Below, piece after piece: positions 1-11,677 of a stretch of DNA of 64,000 nucleotides. Below the pieces are notes generated by a model. That model saw nothing but the letters and a program-made list of their open reading frames with translations. It had not been told where the DNA came from and did no database searches. Both the position numbers and the translations under genes were made by a program. Within the stretch, counting starts at the first letter, position 1. Each line of letters opens with the position of its first letter. The DNA comes from Eledone cirrhosa (Eukaryota), in contig OZ024742.1 of the NCBI GenBank assembly GCA_964016885.1, positions 259,532,001 through 259,596,000 on the forward strand. The letters are read 5' to 3'.

Positions 1-177
1 GAGGAAAGAAACCAGGAGAAGGCACTCTTAATAAATATGTCGGGACAGAGTAATTTGTGATTTTGTAGAGGGGTCTTCCCTAGAATTAACTGAAGAAAAC
101 TCATACACCATTGCTGGAGAGTTCGTTCTAAATTACGTTTGTTATTGTTTTCATTGTTATTATTACATCTATGGTTA

Positions 178-360
178 GGGCAGTGGATTGGCAGTATCGG
201 TAAATACGGACGCCAAGCATAGAGTTACGGCCCTTGCCATTCTGAGTTCAAATCCCGCCGAGGTTAACTTTGCCTTCATCCTTACGGGGTCGATTAAATA
301 AAATACCAGTAATGCACTGGGATAATTGTTGGCCTTGTGCCAAAAGTAGAAACAATTATT
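178..360 (+). mobile_element. tRNA-derived SINE, family A
   Basis: A-box-like GGATTGGCAGTATCGG and B-box GAGTTCAAATCC, followed by the conserved body ccgccgaggttaactttgcct(t)tcatccttacggggtcgat...ggccttgtgccaaaagtagaaacaattatt. At least 8 copies occur in the window. Confidence 0.85.
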
Positions 361-427
361 ACATCTATGTTTTTTCCTTTGATATCTCCTATCCTTTGCC
401 TAGTATAAATCCCACTCTGTGAAATAT

Positions 428-728
428 CGTGGTTTAGTGAATAGGGTATTCGCTTACGATTGTAAGGTCGTGAATACGATTCCCGGCGGCGCATTTTGTC
501 ATTGAGCGAGACTCTTTACTTCTAACTGCTCTAGTTCACTCTACTGGGAAAGATGAATTGTTTCTGTAATTCGAAGAGCCAGCCTTCTCATATTCTATCT
601 CACGCTGGATCTCCCTGAGAACTATGTTAAAGATACACGTGTCTGTGGGGTGCTCAGCCACTTGTTGAAGGCTGTTCCGTTGATCTTATCAACTGGACCA
701 CTCGTCATCATAACAGATGGAGTACCAA
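428..728 (+). mobile_element. tRNA-derived SINE, family B (diverged)
   Basis: tRNA-like head gtggtttagtgaatagggtattcg...gattcccggcgg. Body shared with 1052-1330, 37760-38015 and 42175-42460. Confidence 0.65.
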
Positions 729-1051
729 AAAAATCCCACTCTGAGTTGTTTGTTGTCTTTATATTGTCTCCAATATTTTGGATGCTTTTGGCCTACAAAA
801 GAAAATATTATTATTAACAGCACAGCGGGGAAGAAACAAATTCGTTAGCACAACGGCCAAATGTTTTGACAGATTTCCTTCCGGTTGTTTACGATCTTAA
901 GTCAAATCCCACCGACATCAGCATTGCTTTTCATCCCTTTGAGGTCTATAAAATAAACTACACGTCACTTTTTTTTTTGGGGGGGGGGTCGACTCTTCAC
1001 ACCGAATTTGCTAACATCGTGCAAAACATCAATATGAATGTCATTATGAAG

Positions 1052-1330
1052 GCGCGTGGCTTAATGCTTAGGGTATTCAGCCACATTTGTATTGTCTTGC
1101 GTCGATTCCAGGCGCCACATGGTGTCCTTGAGCAAAACATTTTATTTCATGTTGTTCCAGCTCACAATGAAATGTACCTGTAATTTAAAGGACCAGCCTC
1201 GTCAACCACTGATTCATATTGAATCTCTCTGAACAGTACTTTCAGCGTACGCATGTCTATGGAAATCACAGGCATTTGCACGTTAATTTCATGAGCAAAG
1301 TGATCTGTTGCTCAAACATCTAGAATACAC
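1052..1330 (+). mobile_element. SINE family B (diverged)
   Basis: gcgtggcttaatgcttagggtattc...gtccttgagcaaaac-like segment...gcacgttaatttc, homologous to 428-728. Confidence 0.6.
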
Positions 1331-1801
1331 GTAAAGAAACATAAATGTTATAATTCTGGATTATATATACGGGAATGGAAAGGATTCGATCGGTTGATCA
1401 GATCAATGAAACAATGTTAGTATAGTCTCTCCATTGCCGATTCTATCGTCTGCTCGTAAGAACAGAACGCAATCTGTCCAGCAATTGAAACCACTACTTT
1501 ATGATCGTGAGTTCAGCATCTTAACCACTACGCCATTAATTGTATTTAATTATATCTTTCTATTTTGTGACTCTAAGTTTCAGTGGAGTCATTTTGTGCT
1601 TTTATTCGTTTTATCTAATTAAAATTAACTACCAGTCAATTATATTGGCTTTCCGATATCAAATCGTTTTATCAGAGGCCCACAAAATGTAGATTCATGC
1701 TGAGAAGAAATATTTCTATCCAGAATTTTTAATTATATCACATTGAATAATTACACCCACTTGTCTTTCGTTAAAATATAACATAGCTTCTTTGGGTATA
1801 C

Positions 1802-1863
<62 letters not shown>

Positions 1864-1953
1864 GTATTTGTGTATGTGTGTGTGTGTGCGTGCGCGTGCG
1901 TGATGTAAGAAGTAAATAAAAGCATGTATATATATATATATATTTATATATTT

Positions 1954-2019
<66 letters not shown>

Positions 2020-2438
2020 GTGTGTGTGTATATATATACATATACATGTATGTACAAATAAAGATTCAGCGAGAATCGCATTTTCGGCGGGCAGGAAAAG
2101 CGAAACGAAACGCAAAAATCAGATATGATACTGGCAAAGTGCTCAATAGTTAAAAACCAGAGCTAAACAATGTGTTAAGGAGCCATACAAAACTGAAAAA
2201 GTGGTCAAGAAAGCATTAACTACCCAAGCCAAAAACCAAATCAAGCTAAACAGGTCAAAACAAAATAAATGATAAAAAATATGTATATATTTGCATATAC
2301 GACGGTTTCATTTATATGTCTTTCTTGTTTCTTATTATAATAAAACTCCGGATGAACAAAAATCGTAGAGTACTTTACAACTATTAAGAAAATGTCGGCA
2401 GATTTTCAATCAACTAGCTTTCTTCAATTGAATAAAAA

Positions 2439-2619
<181 letters not shown>

Positions 2620-3039
2620 TAGGTGAACCATAACCAAACCAGAGTACTCATCACTTAGGGTATTAGAGTGGGACCTGACAACAAGATTCAACGTCAAAGA
2701 TGGATGAGTAGCATAAAGTCGAGTGCTTTTCCTAAGTTTCCGAACTTAAATATATAAATATTTGTTTCGTGGGTCATCACTGGATAGAACTGATCATTCC
2801 GTATAGCCAACCATGATGTAATAATAGGAAATGTATATATCTATATGTGTGTGTGTGTCTATATTTATATTTTTATATATGTATATATATATACATACAT
2901 ACCTATGTATATGTATATATATATATATATAAATATATATATAACAACTAGAAATTGATTAACATATAAATAAACATACGAAACAATCACATTTGATAAT
3001 TTTTACAAGATTAAATTCACTTTGATTTATCTTAATTTT

Positions 3040-3086
<47 letters not shown>

Positions 3087-3739
3087 CATATATATACAGG
3101 CACATATTAATGTGGTTTCTGAAAAAACGGTGATAAATTTATAATTTTGAATATCTGAAAACTCATGCAAACTTATGTGTTGCACTTGAAAATGCAAAAT
3201 GCATGCTTGAACGCACCTATTATTCTTGATAACTTCTCTGTATGCATGTCCTCTATTCATTTCGTCTAGAGGATTTTGATTCCTACCGATACAGTGTAGT
3301 TTTGTTGTAGTAACCTTGTGTTTGCATGACATTTCTAGGCAGTCTGTACTACGGAGGTCATGTCAGAGAGACCCACACACGCAGCAGTATTCCCTAGTGA
3401 GTTCGTTGGAGTAGAGCACGTGTTATTAATGTTTCCACTGAGAAGGATGCAACTGTCTGTTTTTTTTTCTATCTTTTACGAAATCATGAAGCCATTCCCC
3501 TAATTTTCCATCTATACTGAATCTACGTAGTTTATGACATATCATTCTATGATCAGACTTGTAGATCACATTCACGTTTACGCGGCCTAACAGCTATTTC
3601 TATACTGAGTCATAATCCAGTTAAAGCTGTTTGAGACAGCTTCTTCACGGGGCGTATATTTGTATGTACATATAACTGCGAATGAATGTCTGAGTATGAC
3701 AGTGTGTGTGTGCGTGTGTTTTGTGTATTTCTCTCTCTC

Positions 3740-3777
<38 letters not shown>

Positions 3778-3785
3778 GTGTGTGT

Positions 3786-3824
<39 letters not shown>

Positions 3825-4225
3825 TGTGAATATGAACACCATCCACCCAAATATGTCTACAGTGACAGTAATGTATTACTTGAGTGAGCCATGATGTCCA
3901 AAACTCACTGAAGTTAGAGAGCATGACCTGAAAAACTTTGCCAGGTAATGCACTTAAGTTAGACAAGCTCTGAGCCAATTCTATCCGAAAACTAAACCTA
4001 TCAGTATTATCAATTTTACAGACACGCATACATACGCGCATACCATATACATTGATAGATATATTTATATTGATGTATATATGTGTATTGATATATATAT
4101 ATCAATATATATATATATATAAATAGACAATTATATATATCTTTATAATGTATGAAATGTATATATATATCTATGCATATGTATATCAATATATACAAAA
4201 TGCATATGTAAATATATATATATAT

Positions 4226-4290
<65 letters not shown>

Positions 4291-4380
4291 TAAATATTTG
4301 CTCTACGGTTCTTATATATTTGATATATATTTATCCTTATCGAGCCCTCTTTGGATTTTAGTCTTCAAATTTATTATTAT

Positions 4381-4434
<54 letters not shown>

Positions 4435-4445
4435 ATTATTATTAT

Positions 4446-5118
4446 TATGTAAGTAGGTCATTATATATATATGTATAATACATCATATATATGTATATAT
4501 GCATATATACATCAATATATATATAAATAGATTATTACATATATGTCTAGATATATGTGTATGTACATCAATGCACACACACACATAATAATAATATATA
4601 TAATTAGATCACTAGTTACATCCCTTTACGATCTGAGTTCAAATCCCGCCGAGGTTGACTTTGCCTTTCATCCTTACGGGGTCGATAAAATAAAAGTACC
4701 AGTAATGCACCCAGCCCACACTGTAAAGTGGACGTGTAGGCGCCACGGAAAAAAGCACCCACCACTCACTGTAAATGAGGTTGGTGTTAGGAAGGGTATC
4801 CAGCTGTAGAAACCAAGCCAAAATCAGTTCCTGTATGAGCAGGCATGGTCACCCGACCAGACACTGCCCACAACAGGACAACCCGTCTAACCCATGCTAG
4901 CATGGAAGAACGGACGTAAAACGGTGATGATGATGATGATGATGATTTACATATACATTTTGTATATATTGATATACTTATGCATATATAATTATATATA
5001 TATATATATATATATATAAATATATATATATATTGATGTATATATGCATACATATAAACATATATATAATGGTCTATTTATATATATATTGATATATATA
5101 CGCATATATGACTATATA

Positions 5119-5152
<34 letters not shown>

Positions 5153-5325
5153 TATACAATGATCTAATTATATATATTATTATTATGTGTGTGTGTGTGT
5201 GCATTGATGTACATACACATATATCTAAACATATATGTAATAATCTATTTATATATATTGATGTATATATGCATATATATATATATGATGTATTATACAT
5301 ATATATATAATGACCTACTTACATA
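4446..5325. repeat. Long inverted repeat, ~165-bp arms (4446-4611 / 5160-5325)
   Basis: tatgtaagtaggtcatt...taattagatca is the reverse complement of tgatctaatta...aatgacctacttacata, with few mismatches. Confidence 0.85.
4613..4947 (+). mobile_element. Partial SINE family A fused to the 3' part of another SINE with a (GAT)n tail
   Basis: B-box and family A body at 4613-4710, then ggtgttaggaagggtatccagctgtagaaacc...acccatgctagcatggaag...gatgatgat. Confidence 0.7.
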
Positions 5326-5660
5326 CATATTGATGTATGTATATATATGTATATATATATTTGTGTATATGTATTTATATATATATATATATATATTGAT
5401 ATCTATATGTGTATGTATTTGTGTGTGAATAGGTATATATATATATATGTTTGTGTGTGTGTGTGTGCTTGTGTGTGTGTATGTGTGCGCGCGTGTGTGT
5501 GTGTGTGTGTGCGTGTTTAAACATATATAAAAGATTCGCTTGTGATTATACTCATGGAAGTTGTTTAACATTCGACAATTATACCATGTATAAAACACAT
5601 TTTCAGCGGTTATTGTACCATGTTCACACTTATATTCATGCCAATGATACACTGATATAT

Positions 5661-5750
<90 letters not shown>

Positions 5751-5862
5751 TTGTGTGTGTGTATAAAGTATACAGTACAATCAAAATATATTCACGTTTA
5801 AATCTATTGATCCACATAATGCGCCATAGTTCTATATTAATAAATACGCATAGCTACATTTT

Positions 5863-5928
<66 letters not shown>

Positions 5929-6391
5929 AACATACCCGAATACACACTCATATCTATATATCTCTATCTCTATATATATATGTATATGTGTATGTGTGTG
6001 TATATACACATATCGTGTAGATATGTACATATATATTACACTGATCAAGTGATATATCGTAATACGTGCATATACATGAGTGGCTGTGTGTGAGTCTGTG
6101 TCTGCAAATTCATTGCATAATAACTCGTATGAATTTTATATACATGTATACACATACATGTAAATGAGAGAAAATTGTCTAGAGTTATGGAAATATTTCT
6201 ATTCTCTCATATTCCCTTGTATCATTTGCTTGTTGTTTTTGTGATGCGTATGGGCGTTTGTTGCCGTGAGTGTATCTGTATTTATTATGTTTGTTTGTAT
6301 CCTTATATCTATGTATCAGCCTATTGCGCGCGCGCGCGTGTGTGTATGTGTGTGTTTGTGTGTGTGTGCGTGTGTGCCTGTGTGCATTTTC

Positions 6392-6433
<42 letters not shown>

Positions 6434-7127
6434 GTGGTCGTCTGCGAATGTACGATCGTCTGCAAATGTTCGTTACGTTTGATGCAGTAATAGAAGAAAT
6501 GAGAATCGGCATCATTACTAAAGCAAAAATAATAACAACAAAAGAAAACAATATAATTACCAAAAATAAAAATAATCACCGAGGAAAAGGAAATGATCAT
6601 TTTTGCCAGATCTCCAGCATTCCCCAAAGACACAGTGGTAACTCAAAGGTCGATTCTTGTGGCGCCGGCTGTAAGCATGTGTTTTCTGTATTCTATAATC
6701 ACTCTTAGCTATTGTTTGATAAAAGCCAAACAAAACAATTAAACAAACAAACATATCAATAAAACAAATGAATAAAAATGAACATATACTAAAAGTAAAA
6801 ACAAAAATAACCCTAACCAAATATCGAAAATGAAGAAAAATAATATAGAATGAAAACAAATGTGATCAGAGCCCATTAAATATATCCTCTCCAGGGACAG
6901 GGATATTTACAAGGTGTTGTTGTTGTTGTTGTTGTTGATGTGGTGTTAGCGATTGGGAGAGGGTGTCGCTGCCATCAGAGATATAACTAATGTTGGTACC
7001 GCTGCCGTAATGTGGTACCCAAGAGAACTATAATGACACCACATCGAACTGCTTTACAAAGCTACTTCAGCTTCATTCGAATCTTTCCATGTGGGTGTAC
7101 ATATATATATATATATGTGTGTGTGTG

Positions 7128-7202
<75 letters not shown>

Positions 7203-7277
7203 ATATATATATACATATATATATACATATACGCACACATATAAATAAGTGTGTGTGTATGAGAGAGAGAGAGACAA

Positions 7278-7308
<31 letters not shown>

Positions 7309-7779
7309 GATTCTATGCGCGTGTCTCTGTGTGTATGTGTGTGTGTGTGTGTCTATATATATATGTGTGTGTATGTGTGTGTGTGTATGTGTATGTGTGT
7401 ATGTGTATGTGCATGTGTGTGTGTTTGTGTGTGTTTATGTGTGTTTATGCTCTATTGTGTTTTTGTTATGTTAAATTATTAGTAGTTCTACTGGGAGCAT
7501 TTCAACAGCTTTTGAACTAATATCAAATAGTCTCTAAACTATATGAACATGATGAACTTTATAAATGGTCGCTTGTGCATGGGGTGCAAGATAGGTTTCA
7601 AAAAGTATATCTGTGTCATTTACTCTATATATGTACATAGACGGAGCATGGTGAATGTTTGAAATGTTCACTTCATAATCATTATCTTTCGGGTTCGATC
7701 CAACTACCTGGCGTTTTGATCAAGTTTTATGTATTATAACTTCGTGTAACTCACGCTTGTGAATAAAAATTGACCGACC

Positions 7780-8053
7780 GACTGACTGAAGTCTGTCATA
7801 AGCCGGAAGGCTCGTTAGGCCGGTACTTATCATGGTGTGAAGCGACTGAGAGTACAAGACTTCCTCTGGACAGGACGCCAGTCCATTACAGGGTTTAAAC
7901 CTCCAGCTATTGCTGGTACTCATTTTCAGCTGAGTATACTGGAGCAACAGGAAATGAAGTGTTTTGCTCAAGAATACAACTAGCAAACCCAGCCCAGGAT
8001 TTGAACCCACGACATTATGACCGTAAGTCCAACACCCTTACCACTAGGCCACG
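7780..8053 (-). mobile_element. tRNA-derived SINE, family C
   Basis: Minus strand reads cgtggcctagtggtaagggtgttgg...gggttcaaatcctgg (A/B boxes), then a central core cttgagcaaaacacttc...gagtaccagc...gtaatggactggcgtcctgtccag. Confidence 0.75.
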
Positions 8054-8510
8054 TATCTCCATAAATCCCTCGCTTGGCAGTGCTACCGGGGGTGGGTACT
8101 GCCGGTTCAAGATACACTCCAGAGCACGGAAATACGGTATACTGTTTGGAAGCCTATCAGAGAGAACCTAGCTGTAAATTTTGTCAGAAACCATATCGCG
8201 CAGAGTCTCCTCATGAATTACGTTAACAGTACACGGGTCTGGCGAATATTTGATCAGTTACACGTTAATTTCAGTAGCAAGCTGTTCGTTTCACAGAACA
8301 ACTGGTACAATCATCGCCGAAAGCGTCGGAGGTCTATTCTATTCCACATATATATCTTTGTGAGTCGGAACTCCACCGGCTCCAACGACGAGTGTTTTAT
8401 GTGTTTGAAAAACGGTAACGCCTGCTCGTGAAATTAACGTAGAATTGGTTGCTCATTCCACGTGTACATTTAACATAAGTCTCTCGATGATTCAGCGTGA
8501 GATACAGTTA

Positions 8511-8540
<30 letters not shown>

Positions 8541-8543
<3 letters not shown>

Positions 8544-8724
8544 TAATAAAAGGTATTCCAACTTTGCATGATTTACTCGTTTTATTTACAATCCTTTAAA
8601 ATTATAATGATATTATATGGTAGAATATTAAATGTTAAATGTTAATTGAACAAGTACTTTCATGCTTTCGCAATCTTCAGGTTCATATTCAGTGGTGTCA
8701 GTCAAGTTTGCAGTTTTCAACTGT
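8541..8724 (-). mobile_element. Penelope-like pseudo-LTR / retrozyme fragment carrying a hammerhead
   Basis: Homologous to the arms of the 36354-36761 palindrome; abuts (TA)n. Confidence 0.7.
8647..8685 (-). ncRNA. Minimal type I hammerhead ribozyme
   Basis: UGAAC-CUGAAGA-UUGCgaaaGCAU-GAAA-GUAC-UU-GUUCA: 5-bp stem I, GNRA-capped stem II, palindromic stem III (AGUACU). Confidence 0.75.
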
Positions 8725-9254
8725 AATGAGATGGCTAAAATCAGTGCCTTATATACAGTAAAAAGGGGCTACAGAATGCTAAGTTTTGCAAACTGTATTT
8801 CAACCAATCGGTGTGTGGTTTCACTAGATTACTAAAGCTGATTGGTTTAGGCGTCAGGGTTGGTTGAGCATGTCTAACGACTTCTATTTGACCCTATCCA
8901 AAGCATCAATTGTTTTGCTATTTTTAGAAATGATGAAAATAGCATTTTCTAGGGTTTTTATAAAAAATCTTCAGTAATCATCAACATCAACATCACTTTT
9001 ATTATTATTATTGTTGTTGTTGTTGTCAGTGGTGGTAGTCGACATGGTCGTAGGCGTAGTCATAGTAGGAGTAATACCCCTAAGCATTATTATTGTTCAT
9101 TTAGCTTGGGGGTTGGAATTTATCAATAAAATTCTTTTCTCTAATATTTCTCTTGATTTCACTTGGGCTGTGTAGTTTGTAGAATGGAAATATAAATATT
9201 TTCTGACCACATGTTGCTAGATGGTTACTCAGGGGTATCTGACGGACATTTGGG

Positions 9255-9326
<72 letters not shown>

Positions 9327-9444
9327 TAATTGAGAGTGGAAGCAAACAAAGGATATGATTTATCGGGTTGCTTGAATGATTTTTAAACTTGAAATGTGGA
9401 AACCAAAAGGTAGAAAATATCTGTAATAACTATTGATCACTATA

Positions 9445-9626
9445 AATAATTGTTTCTACTTTTGGCACAAGGCCAGCAATTATCCCAGAACATTACTGTT
9501 ACTTTATTTTATCAACCCCGTAAGGATGAAAGGCAAAGTTAACCTCGGCGGGATTTGAACTCAGATCGTAAAGGGACGTAACTATGCTGGAAAGCATGTC
9601 CGACCCTCTACTGCTAAGTCACCCTC
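9445..9626 (-). mobile_element. SINE family A
   Basis: Reverse complement of the family A consensus (ggatttgaactcag = B-box). Confidence 0.85.
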
Positions 9627-9699
9627 TATAAATAATAATACCTAGAGAGACACGGTTAAAATAGCATTAAATATGAAGAAATGCGTTGAAGAATTGGTC

Positions 9700-10878
9700 G
9701 TTTGCCAATCTCACCGCAATCACGTCGGTTGCGGGGTCTGTCCTAAACACATCTTCTAGTTTTCTAACTAGCTATCCTTCTAGCCTATTTTCCTCAATCA
9801 CCACTCCTTTCCTAAACTTATCGAATCTATTCTAATTCCCCTTTTCAGGGTAAACCACCACCTATTGATGACGATCGCACCCGTCAACGCACGCTTAACT
9901 AATTCGCTTATCCGGTCTCTGTAAGCTTTGCGCGCCGAGAACGACGCATTCAGCTTCCAGTAACCGGGCCCTTGCCTATGGAGTCTGTCTAAGTCAACCT
10001 CACAGGTCACAAATTTGTGATCCGTGTAGTCGAATACTTAAGATTGTGTACAATCTACACTAGCCTTATCTGTTTCCCTACAGAATTCCCTTTCTAGGGA
10101 TACGATCTGTATGACCCGATGTGGTTTGCATGTCCCCATTGGCACATTCGGATAATCCAGTCGATACCTGTCAGACAGTTCAAAACGTCTGAGCAGGTTG
10201 TTGAGACTCACGTAATCGCAGCGTGCATCTAAGATACTGTTCCAGTCGCCCAGTAACACTAAAGAGCGGGACGTTCCCAGAAAGGTCTCTAGACGTCTGA
10301 AGATATCTGGCCACCCAGCCTCAGCTGGAGCGTACACGGCTACTAGCCTGAAAGCACTTGCTTCGCTGCCGGTCATGTCCAGCAACACAGACTTACCTTC
10401 TGGGTTCAAGTATGGTGATATCCAAGCCTCTCCGAAAAATCACGGCAACTCAGCCCCCCGCTCACGGACGGTTGGGAGATGCGTATGCATCGTAGCCGCC
10501 GAAGATCTGTGCGAAGGCTCGTCCTTTGGAAATTCTGGTCTCACTGATGGCCACCACATCTATGTTTACTTACCTGAAATCGCTAAGCAGGCAGCCCTGC
10601 TTCCAAGATGACCCAGTCCACCTGCATTTACACTGCCTATTCTAAGTAAGGCCATGCTGGATGAGAAACGGGGGTAAGTGAGAAAGGATCACTTACCTTG
10701 ATCGTGTGGGGAAGGGACAGTAGAACCGTCCCTTCGGCTGGTCATGGGTGTCTCCAAGATAATATCTGTGTATATCCTCTTGGTATGCGACCCAATGCAG
10801 TCACCAACTACGTTGTGGAATTTTTTTTCGACTGTTTATATTGCTCCAGTTCGATCTTTCGATTTTTTATGTTTTCGG
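9700..10878 (-). pseudogene. Decayed Tx1/L1-clade fragment (ORF1 end + APE endonuclease)
   Basis: AFRLVAVYAP...FRRLETFLGTSRSLVLLGDWN and GPGYWKLNAS are paralogous to 13452-14708; several frameshifts; 5' junction abuts (TAA)n. Confidence 0.9.
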
Positions 10879-10891
10879 TAATAATAATAAT

Positions 10892-11048
10892 AATCAGTAC
10901 GAATGAGGTATCAAAATAGCATCATTATATTGATTCCAGAGTTGTGCACGATCGATACTGTTCGTATTTACATCGAATCGATCACGAAATGCGCGTCGCA
11001 CGTGAATAAACATAATGATGTTATTTTGATACCTCATACCTACTAATT
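10892..11048. mobile_element. Small fold-back element / MITE-like, ~45-bp imperfect terminal inverted repeats
   Basis: aatcagtacgaatgaggtatcaaaatagcatcattat versus ataatgatgttattttgatacctcatacctactaatt. Confidence 0.65.
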
Positions 11049-11232
11049 GGCAGTATCGGTAGAGGGTCGAACGCTATGCTTTGACGCATAGAGTTACGGC
11101 TCTTTCCATTCTGAGTTAAAATCCCGCCGAGGTTAACTTTGCCTTTCATCCTTACGGGGTCGATAAAATAAAGTACCAGTAATGCACTGGGATAATTGCT
11201 GGCCTTGTGTCATAAGTAAAAACAATTATTAT
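11046..11232 (+). mobile_element. SINE family A
   Basis: Matches the family A consensus; extreme 5' end missing. Confidence 0.85.
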
Positions 11233-11254
11233 TAAATGTATATATACATATATA

Positions 11255-11532
11255 TATGGAAAAAAATGAAACGAAATTTCATTTCTCACTCTTAGTACGG
11301 CTGTTACTTAAATATAAGTATGTATATGTACATACATATATGTATACAGACGTTACAGTAGTATGTATATATATATATACATACATGCACACATATATAT
11401 ATGTACGTATGGGTTTAGCGAACATTTATTATAATGCTCGGTTTGTTTGTAAACAAACAGACCGAATTAAGCCGTACAGTGTTTAGCAACCATCGTTGCC
11501 CTTTTGTTCAACACTGACAAAGGAACGATGTA
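11255..11532 (+). repeat. Dispersed repeat, inverted copy at 26488-26765
   Basis: About 280 bp of high-similarity reverse-complement match (ggaaaaaaatgaaacgaaatttc...caaaggaacgatgta). Confidence 0.85.
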
Positions 11533-11677
11533 GCAATATTTTAAATTTGTCTAGGCAGACATTCATTTCCCGCCATTACCAATGACTGCAGATGTTGAAG
11601 CCGCCACCACCACCACCACCACCACCACAGCGACAACAAAAACAAAAGAAAAAAATAAATGATCTCGTGATATCGAA

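Noticed and set aside
84-135. CUGAAGA followed by an AACUC/GAGUU stem
   Set aside because: No GAAA or stem III follows; not a hammerhead as it stands.
178-260. tRNA gene calls for A/B-box sequences
   Set aside because: They are SINE heads; no complete cloverleaf.
6610-6670. Possible small exon (ttttgccag|...|gtaagc)
   Set aside because: Weak pyrimidine tract and donor, no recognisable peptide, no neighbouring exons.
8930-8985. Minus-strand CUGAAGA...GAAA...UA spacing
   Set aside because: Stems II and III pair poorly.
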